Of a stretch of 64,000 nt of DNA, positions 33,190-46,362 are shown in pieces. Positions within the stretch are counted from its first letter, which is position 1; each line of letters begins with the position of its first letter. The DNA is from Patellaria atrata CBS 101060 (taxonomy: Eukaryota): assembly GCA_010093705.1 (NCBI GenBank), contig MU006107.1, positions 418,031-482,030 on the forward strand, written 5' to 3'. A program made the translations under genes and the position numbers. Below the pieces are notes generated by a model, which saw only the letters and a list, made by a program, of their open reading frames with translations, had not been told where the DNA came from and made no database searches.

Positions 33190-35120
33190 ATGTCCTCCGA
33201 TGATGACGGATCAGTAACTTCCGCCAGTTCGCACAGTGAAGGGCGACTACTCCTCATCTCAAATCGTCTTCCTATCACCATCAAGAGATCCGAAGATGGC
33301 AAATATGATTTCTCCATGTCTTCCGGGGGACTTGTTACTGGCTTGAGTGGACTTTCAAAATCGACCACCTTCCAATGGTACGGATGGCCGGGCCTTGAAG
33401 TTCCAGAAAACGAAGTTCCATTGTTAAAACGCAGGTTGAAAGAAAAGTACAACGCTATACCTATCATGCTTGAGGATGAACTGGCTGATCGACATTACAA
33501 CGGATTCTCGAGTAAGCCAATTGCCCGCTCCTATGCTTGGTATTCGACGACTGATACGTATCCCATAGACTCAATTCTCTGGCCTTTATTCCATTATCAT
33601 CCTGGCGAAATAACCTTCGATGAGTCTGCTTGGAGGGGCTACACGGAAGCAAACCGCATCTTCGCGAAGACTGTAGCAGCTGATATTCAGGACAATGATC
33701 TTGTATGGATCCATGATTATCATTTGATGCTTTTGCCATCTATGCTCCGCGAAGAGATAGGTGACACCAAAAAGAACGTAAAGTTAGGTTTCTTTCTCCA
33801 CACTCCATTCCCGAGTAGCGAGATCTATAGGATTCTCCCCGTGCGAAATGAAATCCTAATTGGTATTCTACATTGTGACCTGATCGGCTTTCACACTTAC
33901 GACTATGCACGTCACTATCTAAGTAGCTGCTCCCGAATTCTGTAAGACGTCCTTTGTTCTTTTATGTCGGAGCTGGACTACTGACAGTGTATCTCAGTGG
34001 CCTCTCTACCACGCCGAATGGTGTCGAGTTCCAGAATAGACTAATTACCGTTGGCGCTTTCCCCATTGGCATTGATCCAGAGAAGTTTGAGGAGGGTCTG
34101 CGGAAGCCCAAGGTTCAGGAGCGAATTGCCGCCTTAGAGAGAAAGTTTGAGGGCATGAAACTGATTGTCGGGGTCGACCGCCTTGACTATATCAAGGGAG
34201 TACCCCAGAAGCTGCATGCACTAGAGATCTTCTTGACCGAACATCCGGACTGGATCGGTAGGGTTGTGCTAGTCCAAGTCGCCGTTCCGAGTCGAGGGGA
34301 TGTGGAGGAATACCAAAATCTAAGGGCCGTCGTCAACGAGCTAGTCGGACGGATCAACGGGAAGTTTGGTGAGACTACTCTAAGTTATGAATTCAACATC
34401 TATTAATGAGTTCTAGGAACTATTGAGTACACTCCAATTCACTTCATGCACCAGTCCGTGGCTTTTGACGAGCTGATTGCACTCTACGCTGTCTCGGATG
34501 TTTGCCTGGTATCTTCAACCCGAGATGGCATGAACTTGGTATCGTACGAATATATTACTACCCAAAAGAAGCGACACGGTGCTTTGATTCTTTCCGAGTT
34601 TACTGGAGCAGCTCAAAGTCTGAACGGAAGCCTGATCGTCAACCCCTGGAACACGGAAGAATTAGCTGATGCTCTTCATGATGCTGTGACTATGGGAGAC
34701 GAGCAACGTGCGAGCAACTATCAGAAGCTCGCGAATTACGTTACTAAGTACACAAGGTATGATTTTCGAGTGGAATCAAGAACGGGAGATATACTAATTG
34801 TAACTAGCGCATGGTGGGGTGAATCTTTCGTTCAGGAGCTCACACGGGTTTCTAGGCGGGCTGAACACAAGCTGAACGTGCGTCGTTCCTCTTGTAGTGT
34901 CACTACGTCTCCGGAGAATTCTGATTTCTCATTACTCGTGGAGTCTCCGACTATGGAGAACGGTGACAACGAAATCCTCGTGAGACTGCCCACCGAAGAG
35001 TCTGGCGCTTCAACTCTCCCAGAGCCGTTCACTCTGTCGAACGGCATAAATGGGATGAATGGCGCGAATGGCACGAATGGCACGAATGGCACGAATGGCG
35101 CAAATACTATAGCCCAGTGA
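33190..35120 (+). CDS. tps1: Trehalose-6-phosphate synthase (GT20), 5 exons
   Basis: RLLLISNRLP, SSGGLVTGL, WYGWPG, HYNGFS|NSILWPLFHY, WIHDYHLM, GFFLHTPFPSSEIY, GVDRLDYIKG, RDGMNLVSYEY, LSEFTGAAQSL. Confidence 0.96.
35040..35105 (+). repeat. 9-bp coding minisatellite (AATGGCACG and variants) encoding (NGx)7
   Basis: NGINGMNGANGTNGTNGTNGAN at the TPS1 C-terminus; three exact tandem AATGGCACG units. Confidence 0.85.
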
Positions 35121-35998
35121 GTACTGTGCATTTGGCGTTATGGGAGGGTTCAGTTCAGCGCATTCACCGGAGCCATGGGGTATAGTCAAAAGACATCAAA
35201 ACGGGATTGTGCAATTAAAGGGGTTCATGAACTTGCATCAGCGGCTGGCGTCTTAAAGGTTGAGCGGTACTGGGGCTTAGGGCCTCTCTAAACTCCTCCA
35301 TATCCTATGTAGAATATCATCATCTTGTAAACATTCATCCAACTGCATGATCCAGGTAAACGCAATGCTTCATCTTAAACCATTTGCTTGAAACGGCGAT
35401 ATGTTGCCGAACCTTACACTGAAGCAGATATGCTCGATATATGCACATGGCCTTATATTTTGATACATCCACAACGCCCTTCAGGTTTGAACTAACCGGG
35501 TCGTATTCTGGACATGGTCAACAACAAGGGTAAGGTACTACCGACAGATGATGCGATTGGTGGAGAAGGTTTGTATACATTGAGTATCGGAGAAATAGGG
35601 AGGTGTATGTACGTATATCAAACCTTTTGGCCTTATGTCAATACTCTAGTCATGAGCTTGGATGAATAGATAAGAAGACTGGATAGGCGCGTGTGCTTTG
35701 ACAAGGTAGATGATGGTAGAAGGTCGAACAAGGACGCAACTCAACGATGAACCTCGGCGCGGGAATCACGTCAAATAAGATGTGGACATGAAAGTATGTT
35801 TAAAAATACAACAGCATATCGGTAGAATTAAGTAGGTGTCGTAAATCATTCAGTACCAACTCATAAACCCATGAAATTAAAGATATCATTATCCGGAAAT
35901 AAGAATAAAGGGGAAAGTATCCGAACAGAAAATGAGAACACCATTTCAAAGATCGATTGTCTATACCGAAAGTCTTTCCAGCAGAAGCAAACAAATAA

Positions 35999-38831
35999 TC
36001 ATCTCCTCCTTCGATCCTCACCACCACCACCATTTAATAAAGTATCGGCTAAGCCTTTGATAATCCCACCAACCGGGCCTCCCTTTCCTGTGAGAAACTC
36101 CTCCAACTTGTCAGCGAGCGGATCTTCCCCCTTTTGTGGGATCCTCCGCCCTTCTTTATCGAACCTATCAGGGAGCACCTCGGTCTCAGTCGAAGAAATT
36201 GAATCCGCTGATTTAGAGCGCCGTGCGTGCCGTTTATCAGAAGCACCGTCCATGTAGTTTCGCCGGTGTCTCCGTCCACGACCATCATCGCTGTCGGAAT
36301 TGCTACCATCACGTTTCCCATAATGGCGAGAAGAGCGATGTTTACGTTGTCCAGATCGACGTTGGTCTCCAGAACGCCCATGAGACCGGCCAAGAGAAGA
36401 ATCATTAGAAATAGAAGTAGAAGAAGAGCGCTTACGCTCATCAGATCCAAGGTCAAATTGTACAGATTTTGGCGGCTGAGCTTCAGCCGCGGCCTCTTTC
36501 GCCGTCGTGGTAGACTGCGGATGCTGCGGTGGCGGCGACGACGATTTCCGCGACTTCGTTCTTCTTAGACCATCTGTATTGTTGACTATATTAGTTTTCC
36601 ATTTCGAAAACCAGCTCTTTTTACCCTTTCGAGCAGCGCCGACGTCTTCGGCCTTAGAACCGAGCGGAGCACTCACATTTTCATCACCCCGCCTGTATCG
36701 AGGATCTGGGTAAGGTTCAGCCACGGGTGTTCCGGCAGGTGGCGGTACATATGCGAAATTGTTCTGTTGGGGCAGTTGGCCTTGTGGAGCATAGTCCCCA
36801 GGGTTGTATGGCGCATTTGGGATGTAATGTGCAGGTGGTGCTTGAGACGATTGAGACATTGGAGTCGCGGTCGGTGGGGGTGGGAACTCATTGCTCTCAG
36901 GATAGTATCTCTGGCCCTGCGGAGGTGGGGGATAATAAGCAGGTTCTTCTTCTGAGTGTTGAGGTGGGCTGTGATTATCTGTAGAAGCCCTTCCTTCCTC
37001 AGCGCGACCTTTTATGTTTGTTAGTACAGATAACGATTATGAAAATCTGCAACTACGTACGAGCTTCCCTCTCCTTTTTCTTCTGCTCCCGTCTCTTAGC
37101 GGCTTCATGGGCAGCGAAGCCGGCCGCACCAGCCAGGGCAGCAGCTTCGGCGACTGTTTTGCCACGGCTCCTGCTTCGACTACGTGAGTGACTATGATGT
37201 CTCCCGGAAGAAGAACTGGAGGAGCCGTGGCGTCTTCTACCACGGCTTCGACGGGTAGAATCGGCGTGGATGGGATCGCCGCCATAGCTAACCAGGGCTC
37301 CATCTTCACCCCTGGACCTCGAGCGGTGTCTAGAATGGGCAGAATGAGACCTTGATCTAGAACGCGAGCGCTTTTCTTCCTCCTTCTCTTCAGATTTTGC
37401 CTTCTTTTTCTCGTACATCTTGGCAATAGCAGCTCCGCCTAGACCAGCGGCAGCGATCGGAACGCCGGTACGGACACGACTGCGACTTCTAGACTTGCCA
37501 TGTCGAGACTTAGATCTACTTCTTGCTCGTTCAGCAAGCCCGGCCATTGCTGCGCTCGCGAGGCCAACCTGGGCAACACGACGATTTCGGTGCTCAGGAT
37601 CGCGGTGCTTGCTCTTGGATCTGGATCTGCTTCGATCACTAGCACCGCTAACGGAATGTCTGCGACGACGCGATCTGCTCCTTCGTTCCTCTCCAGCGCC
37701 GTCCTTTTTCTTCTTATTCACAGCGTAGGCGATAGCTCCAATGGTTGCCAATGCGCCAACTCCCGCTAAAGTCTTCGCGCGAGAGTGCGATCTGCTGCGA
37801 TGCATATCACCGCCTCTCCGCCTTCCACGAGAGCCAGAACGGGACCGCGATTTGAAATGATTTGTTGCGCGGGTCAGGGCTTCTGCACCTACCGCACCAA
37901 GTGCACCATAGCCTAAAATTTGTCGGCCACGGTGGCCAGGGTCCTCGCCCTGCTTCTTGCGGTGGTGGCGCATCAAGGCAGCTGCGCCAACTCCTGCGAT
38001 GACACCCTCGGCAAGATGTCGACCATGAGGCGAGCTTTCTTCCCTAGTGCGGTGGATGTAAACGGCGTCATCGTCGCTCCAGGCGTGTTGGTCGTCATAC
38101 CGGTCTCTTCGGTATTCCCGCTCATCGTCGTAGTATAAATCATCTCTCCAGCCACCGTCAACTTTACGCACCCTCCGCTCGTAGTAATAGTCATTGTCTT
38201 CGCGAGGCTGGGGTCGACGGACGACCTGGCGGTCTTCAACCTCGGATCTGTCGATAAACTCGTAAGAGGGTTCTTCTCGCTTGAGGATGATTTGTTGCTG
38301 GCGCGGCTGCTCCTGGATGATGATCGGTTGCGGTGCAGCTTCTTGACGGATGATGATGGGTTGCGGGGGTTCGGGTCTTGAGAAATATTCAGTGGATTTG
38401 GCGTACCGCTCCAGCTCGTAGGGATCTGACCTTGGTTCTTCTCTGTAAATGTCCCGCTCGAATCGATAGGTTTCCCTAACTGGGGACGGAGACGGTGATC
38501 GCTCAACTTTACGGACTATACGGTATTCTTCAGTGCGGGGTTCCCTTTCGACCTCTCTTTCGAGGTCTACGACACGGTACTCTCTTCGTTCTCTTATCGG
38601 TTCCCTGTCGACTTCGCGCTCGTAGGAGTATTCTCGGACGTCGTGATGATGATCATGGTGGTCGAAGTGATCGCGCAAATCACGTTCTCGTCTGACGATG
38701 CGAATATCTTCCTCATACCTATCATCATCTACGGAAGATTCGGGAACTTTGTAACGTCGGACGGTGGTATAGGACTTGGGACCGTCGTATTCCCAGTCTC
38801 GGTCGCGCTCTTTGTAGATGATGGATGACAT
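35999..38831 (-). CDS. RS-rich, DUF3824-like fungal protein, 2 exons
   Basis: Two long ORFs (37053-38831, 35999-36859) are joined in frame by an intron of about 37061-37010 (GTACGT...ACTAAC...AAAG); repeated GAAAL/AAAGL motifs alternating with RSRS tracts; C-terminal ETEVLPDRFDKEGRRIPQKGEDPLADKLEEFL. Confidence 0.75.
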
Positions 38832-41812
38832 GGCGGGAAGTTTTGGGAGTAGTTAGTGGGATGGAGTGGGTAGAGCGAGGAGGATTCGGTCGGTGCGGTG
38901 GCGGGTGATATAGTTTTATCGTAGCGGCTTCTTTTCCTGCTGCACCACGCGATCGATGGTGCTGGAAATGTTTGACTAAAGATAAATTTTAGATACGAGG
39001 ATAGCGAACCAGTGGGAAAGCAGCCGTGGGTATCGGGGTTTGATGAATGGTGGGTGAGGGACTGACGCAAGATGACTTGCTTCTACCTAAGCTATGCGAA
39101 CTAGTAGAGAGCTCTCCACGCTCCCGGTGTGACTGTGACCAGGCTGTGACTGCGAGCTGCACTTGGTGATAGAACTAGGGATGCCGCCGCCTCGTTCACC
39201 GCTGAAAGAGGGAAAAATAAGAATAAGATGTGTAGTATGATGAAGATTAAGATGACTACTGGTAAGGTAGTTAGGGAAAGGTTTAATGGAGGGGTAGGTA
39301 GGAAGGCTTGATTTAAGGTAGGTCGGATTTTTTGTGTTCTTGATTTCAAGCTGGAAAGAGCTATCGAGGAGGAGTTTTTCCTTGTTATGTTCCCGCTTTC
39401 CAGTAAACTTCCATCAGTACATTGTTACTTTGGTTGTTGGTGGAGTGAGGATTTCCAGTTGAATGGTGACGGGGAGCTGGTGGTGTGCATGGCTTGTAAG
39501 CAGGCTTGAATTTCTATAAGCATATGACGTCGTTATGTGCATATCATTTGGTGCATCTGTTCAACTTTTCATTATTATCCAATACTATTATCATTACCTT
39601 ATGATTGAGAGAGCAAATATCTGAGCTGGTAGACATTATAAGACACCCGACTTTACCTTAAAGTATGCATCGTCTCGCATCAAGAATGGAAGTCGCGTCT
39701 GCTGATTGCACCTGCTGTCCCTTCCATCTGATCAGTCGATTGGCGCTTTCTTAATTAAGGTGAAGTACACCTCATGGATCCCCAAGGTAAAGCTAAGTAC
39801 CTTTCTATACTCTACCTTACGGTAATATACCGTAGTGATACTTTTTTCTTGCTTCTATTTCCGCAGTTCTACCCTTAGTACTGAGATACATTACTCCCGA
39901 TCCCGTCTCCCGCTTAGAGCCGGAACGATGCATGCTTAGCCACCCTTACACCACAGCCTCACCATCCAAGTCCTCATCAACCACCCCACGTTTCATATTG
40001 GATCTGCCCGTCCAACTCTTGTGACTCTTCACCGAGCTAACACGAGGCAGACAATCATGTTTCAACATTCGTCTAATTAGACCATCTTCCAGACTATACT
40101 GCTCTACTTTCACCGCTGTTCGTCTTTCAACTGTGAACTGTCCCTGCATCTCCAGACCAAGCCAAAACCCCATTCTCACAATACCTTACCTGTCCAGGGT
40201 ATCATGGCTGAGGATATGCTCTTCTTTATGATCGGCCCCGTCAGCTATTAGGTCAAACCCTCTGTAACACTAACAAGAGAAAGTGAGAGTTCACAACAGT
40301 AAGTCGTGAAACTTTCGACGATATCTACCGGTTGAACATGTTAGCTTCCATCTTTTATGACCCATTGTGAAAAAAAAAGAAAAAAAAAAATCTTTTTTAA
40401 GTCTTTATGCCCTTGAAGAGTCACAGAGGTGAGTAACACCTTGTATCCTGGGACATGGAACAAGTAGTCTTGACCGGGAACTCTCTCCTATTGATCAGTA
40501 GGCATGAGGAATGTGCCATCGCTCGCAAACTGCTGCTATTCAGAATTCAACATGTCGCTGAAGGGCCTTTCGAACCCCTATGACATGTGCCAATCATCCG
40601 AATAGGAGATACATTGCTATCCCATAATCATGCTTCCCTCTTCAATGATAGAGAGGGATATTTGGTATCAGATGTGGGGGCCGAAGTACGAAGTGTACTG
40701 TACGGGATGAGTACGAAACTGAGGTACTATTCAACAGACCGTCGGGTATCATCCAGACAGATCCGGTGAAGATATTGGATGTCCTCGAGATTGGAACATA
40801 CTTTGTGTATGGGTGCGGTTATTTATTGCCACGTGTGAAAAGGATACCTGAGAGTATATTTTCGACAACCTGTAGAATTCCAAGTTTTGGTGAGAGATTC
40901 TGGTAACCTCGTAGAAAATAGCGTACAATAATAGCATATTAAGATACATATAGAATACAACTGAAGGAACTGTAAGTAAAGAGGCTCGTTTATTAGACGT
41001 AGTATGAGCATGTAAACATATTCCATATTTAGAAGCATTTAGAGGTGTCATTTAGGCGCACTCAGAGAAATACTTCTCTTTACCTACTACTTCTTATTCT
41101 TTGTTAATAGAACTCTTCACCTGTCTGGAGCCCTTCCAGCTTGGATGATCTCGTTCGGCATGGGATGCCGAAGAGTACATGCGCCAAGAACAAATGCGAT
41201 ATGAGACGCGTGGACTGCGTTTTACGTGAGCTGGGCATTATTCTTGTAACCGTTGTTCAACAGAAGATTATGGTTTTACGAAGTCGCGATTGATTATTGA
41301 GGAACTGTTGCTCTACCGTAGGGGCTATTATTAGTTTAGGTGGTGCAGGACTCAAGGAGAGTATTTGAGGCAAAACGTCTCAGGAGTTAGAGGTAAATCG
41401 GCGGAGAGATAAGATGGTCATCGTTTGATTTGAAGTCGTGTAAAGGGTATAATCCCTCCGTAATATGCACCATTTTTTATGTTTTTTTTCTGTTTTGTTC
41501 CTGGGAGTTTTCATTATTGTCGATTATGTTTGCTGCGTACGTTCTATCTTCACAAGTAGATTCTGAAGTAGGCCGGAAAATGTCCCCTAACCCTAACCGA
41601 GTTCAGCCCTAGTCTGCCCAGCACAGCAGCCCCTGAGACCTGACTCCTGAGAGTACCTTCCCCCTCTTCAATATTCACAACTTTTGTGCAACTACATACT
41701 TTACCCCATTTCTTGTTGAGATCACTTTCGTTTCTTCTTAATCTTCAAATATTTCTTACCTTAATTTTGCTTCCATTTCTTCTGGTAATAGAGGAAGCGC
41801 ATCACATACACC

Positions 41813-43302
41813 ATGGCTCCGCCGCGCGATGCTAATTGGGTCGATGTAAGTCTTTCTCCTCGCTCCTTGCGTCTCCTAAAAATCGATTGACCTTATTCTC
41901 CTCCTGTAGGGACTGAGAGGAATTGCCTCGTTTATGGTCGTCTGCGGTCACCTTTGCACTTGCTTCGCTCCTTACCTACACGCTCCGGCCATGGGTCCCG
42001 AAGGCCCAGCCGTTCTTTTTCAGCTCCCATTCTTCCGGCTCTGCGTTGGTGGTAGGAGTGCCGTTGGTCTATTCTTTCTCATAACTGGCTATGTCAACTC
42101 TATCGGTCCTATCTCAAAGTCACGCGCCGGAAATACTGAAGCTGCCTTCACGGGCCTGGCCAAAAGCTCGCTGAGTAGATCTGGAAAGCTCATACTACCG
42201 ACCGCTACGGCAACACTGTTCAGTTGGTTTCTGGCGAACACAAATGCATACCATATGACTATGCACGTAGACTCAACTTGGATCAGACAAGGTTTTCATA
42301 GACAGGAACCTACCGTTTGGAAAGCGTTGAAAAGTCTTACTAAGGCTGAAATATCTGCTTGGACTACTGGCTGGAACGAGTATGATGGAACACAGTGGAC
42401 TCTGATTCTATTCCTCGAGGGGGCTTTCATGGTCTACTTGACTATGCTTGCAACAGTTCTCTGCAAACCCCGTGCCCGAAAACTCGTTTACTTTCTTTTG
42501 TACGCTTATTCTTGGATGACTGGCGAAATTAAAGGTACGTCAAATGTAGATACCGTGCATTCGCCCCTCTCCTGTGATTCTGAGCTAATGATTCTTCACC
42601 TTTCCAGGCTCTAACAAAGCTCAAATCAAGTGTCTCAATATAATTGTCGGTATGGTTCTAGCTGAAGCGCAGTCTGAGTATGGATCTCGTGCTACCTCCA
42701 TCCTCCCAACCCCGGTCCCTTCTCTACTCATAATATTGGGCATGTTCATGGCCGGCTATCCACAAGATGTGCCACATCACGCTCCTTGGTCCAATGCAAT
42801 GACACGTTTCTTGCACCCCCTTGTACCATCGGGCACCGATGTACGCCGTTACTGGGATCATCTCGGCGCTGCGACAGTGATGATCGGTGTCTTTCACTCT
42901 AAGAACGCCCGTAAGGTCCTTACTTCTCCGCTCTTCAACTTCCTCGGCCGCGTCTCGTTTCCCGTGTACCTGTTACACAACCAGTTGATCAAGTCGGTAC
43001 TTACCTGGATGATTTATTTGCCATCCGCCATGAACCCTCCAGTTAACGAAAAAGGCGAGCAACAAGATCTTCAACGGGGTAGTTTGACCCATGTTTTGGT
43101 AGCCATCGCCATTTTCTATTGGATCCTTTATCGATTGGCCTATTTCTGGGTACAAAACATCGATCCCGTCCTTGCCAGGGCCGTGGATCGTATGACGGAA
43201 TGGGCCTACGGTGAGGGCAGTCCGATCTACAAACCCGTATTAGCGACCCATAATGGCCATGCTGCGGGCGGAAAGGTAGAGCAGGAGAAAAGACCAGAGT
43301 AA
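41813..43302 (+). CDS. Acyltransferase-3 (OafA-like) integral membrane O-acyltransferase, 3 exons
   Basis: NWVD|GLRGIASFMVVCGH, FQLPFFRL, FFLITGYV, QWTL..FLEG, FLGRVSFPVYLLH motifs; multiple hydrophobic helices; introns about 41846-41909 and 42535-42608. Confidence 0.85.
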
Positions 43303-43841
43303 AGACCTCTAAGATACTTGTAGTTTGTCTCATGAGTTTTGGCGTGTACATGAAGGAATAGAAGTACGTGACAGAAAGATATCTATTATTTCATGGTCGA
43401 GTAACTTCCCCTTTTGCCGGAAGCGGGCGTTCTTGGAAATCATTCTTCGAGAGGTCTACAGATCTTTTTTTTTTTTTTGGTGGGGGGGGTTGACCTTTTT
43501 TTAAAGCTAGAGGGGAAGGCTTCTGAAGAAGAGTTGAATTCGCTGCATAGCGCTGGAGCATCTTGCTTCCTTTTCTCATTCATATCACTTGGCTATACCA
43601 TGTATCTATGCTATCTTTGGAATGACTTGGGCGGTACTTGTGTATAGTAATTTAAACTTGTGAAGATCCAGATTCTTGCATGCCTATCATTGGGCCAATG
43701 TTCATGGCCCTCGTTGCATTACTTTCCAGGGGGTCTGCATCGGTAACCGGTTATCGAGAAGTGATCCCCCTCGTTCACGATGTGAAAGCGATATGTTGAC
43801 GCAAGAAACCTTGAATTATAGGCAAAGTACCCGTTGAATTA

Positions 43842-46362
43842 TTAAATCTCAGCATCCAATTCTGCCATTGCGTCGTCGTCACCCTCTTCGTACCCGAATT
43901 CATCCTGATCTGCGGCCATATGGCCGTTGGTCGCTTCATTCCTGAGCTTCATGATCTGTTCAAACTCGACCTTTTCCTTATGCTTCCTCAAGTCTTCAGG
44001 TCCCCACGTACTTATCCCTTCCTGCATACTTTGCGGAAACGCAACGCTCATCTCCTTCAAGAATTTCTTCGCAACCGCCGTTGCTTGATCGACGCTGAGG
44101 TTCGTGTCACTCTCGAGTAACGCTTGTCCGATCCATTTCGGTAGCTGGGAACGCTTTTTGGCGAACCTCTTGTCTGCTAGTACCATGATGCCGTAGTCAT
44201 CTTTGCCTCGAAGGACACGACCAAGGCACTGTGCGGCGTGACGCATAGCATCGAAGGAAAGGAAGTCATTCTCACGGATACGGTACTCCTCCCTCAGGAA
44301 CTCCAGGCGAGCTTTCAAGACGCGAGATTCGGTATACTGAAAGGGTACACCAATACAAATCACGGTGCGACCGTAGTGATGGTCAAAATCGATACCCTCG
44401 GAGACCTTCCCACGAGCGACACAAAGGAGCACGGCGCCGCGGCCATTGTTGCAAGCGGTACGGTACGTCTCAAGGGCAAGAGATGTCTCCTGTGCGTCTG
44501 GCGTTTCGACGAGGATGAGTTTGTATTTCCAGACAGTGTCCAGAATTTCCATACCCTGCCACATGGAGATGATACTTTCCATGTAAAGGTAAGAGGGAAA
44601 GAACACAACTATCCCATCCGGTGTCAGCTTGCAGAATTCCACGAGCAAGTTTCCATAGTTGAGGACGACTTGGTGATCGTTACGGATTTTGAAGGAGGAA
44701 GAAATAGAACCCTGGTCGGAGCCTTTCGTCACTATCATAGGAAGAAAAGACCGGCGGGCGAGCGTCATAGAGTAGGATTCCTGCACGACGGTAGAAAAGC
44801 CCAACATTTTGGGATACATCTCGAGTGGGGAGATAGTGCCAGATGTGATGATAACGGAACTGAAACGCTCGAAAACAGGTTTGATGGCTATTGCGGCATC
44901 AAGGCACGTGAAGTGAAAGATAGGATTTGGTACGGTGGCAGTATCCGACTCAAAGGGCTCGAGAATAAGTCTAAAACCCTTTTCATAAGTGGCAACCAAA
45001 GTTGCAAAGGTAGCGACCTCCTGTAAAGGCTGATAGTCTTCTATATTCGTTAGCTCGAGTGTTCTTACAAGGGACGTCAGTCGTTCCGCGCAAAAGCGAA
45101 GTGGTTTTCGCTCGATAAAGGTCAAGTCTTTCAGGTTCTGCAGGAAATCTAATGGTGTCTCTGCAATAACTGCCAGTGTCCGTAAGCGGGTTTTGAGATA
45201 CTCAATGAACCGCTTTAGGAATGCCACGAAGTGCTCCGCCCTTCGGATATTACCTGGGACTGCTTCTTTCAGGAGGTCGTCTGGAAGTGCTGGGTTTGCC
45301 ATGAAAGCTTCTTCGTCTCTCGCTTCATCTGCTTCCCTTAAGCCTTCGACTAGTTTTGCATATTCATTTTGCAATTTTTCTGCGTCGGTTGCTTTCATCT
45401 CCGTGATCTTTGTTTCAAGATTGTTTGCACCTCTCGATGCCTTTCTGAGAATATCATCGGTAAGATCTATGCTAAGAGACTCTATGCAGACGTTATCGAT
45501 ATTGTGCGCCTCATCGAACACAACGATACAGTCCTTGGAAAGTTCCTTGGAAACTCTCTCTGCAATCTTCGGATCAAGAAGGTAGTGGTATGAGTAAATT
45601 ATAACATTACAGTAAGGCATCATCCGCCTCGCCGTAAAATAGGGGCATTGTTTGTGTTGCTCTCCGTACGTCAAAAGGTTATCCAGAGTCCATACGCCAG
45701 TCGGAATAAGGTTATGTGGTTCTAGAAGGTCAAGGTTCTGACACACCGTTAGCATGCGTATTTAATATGCTCATTCTCACCCTTACATCATGATAGATGC
45801 AAACATCTACGTCTTCTCCGCGCTCTTTCTTTTCTTTGACAAAGCCTGCTGTCAAACTTCTACACCGGGCATCAACAATTGAGCCACTCTTTTCACGCTT
45901 CACCGACGGGTGCAAGCAGAGGTTTTTTCGGCTTGTCAAACCGAGCCCTCGGAACTCCTCTTCGTAACCGAGTTGATCTGCTCGATATTTCATGAGAGCC
46001 TTTAGTTCCGCAAGTGCCTTCTCGATCTCGGACATCGTACCTAAAACTATCAACTAGGAACATGATGTTATGGGTTGATGCCGCGTACGGGAGCAATAGA
46101 TCAGCTTTCTCTTCTCGGGATGATGCTGTTGGTAAGCGACGATCAAAGAGAGGAGAGAGACAGTCTTCCCAGTGCCCGAAGGCATCTCCAGAACACAATG
46201 GCCACCCGCATCGAGGGTACGTTTGAGATCACACATGTAGGCATATTGCTCTGGGTAAATCCGAGGGTACGGGAACAGCACCGGGAGATCACTGTTGACT
46301 TAGTATATATTACCAAGAAAATCAAGTATGTGAGGGTGAGCGCACTCTATGTTGAACTTCAT
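43842..46362 (-). CDS. rad3: TFIIH Fe-S DNA helicase XPD/Rad3 (Rad15), 4 exons
   Basis: [22 protein letters not shown], Walker [68 protein letters not shown]. Confidence 0.96.

Noticed and set aside
41585..41598. Telomere-like (CCCTAA)2
   Set aside because: Only two units in an internal promoter; not a telomere or fusion scar, at most a Tbf1-like site.
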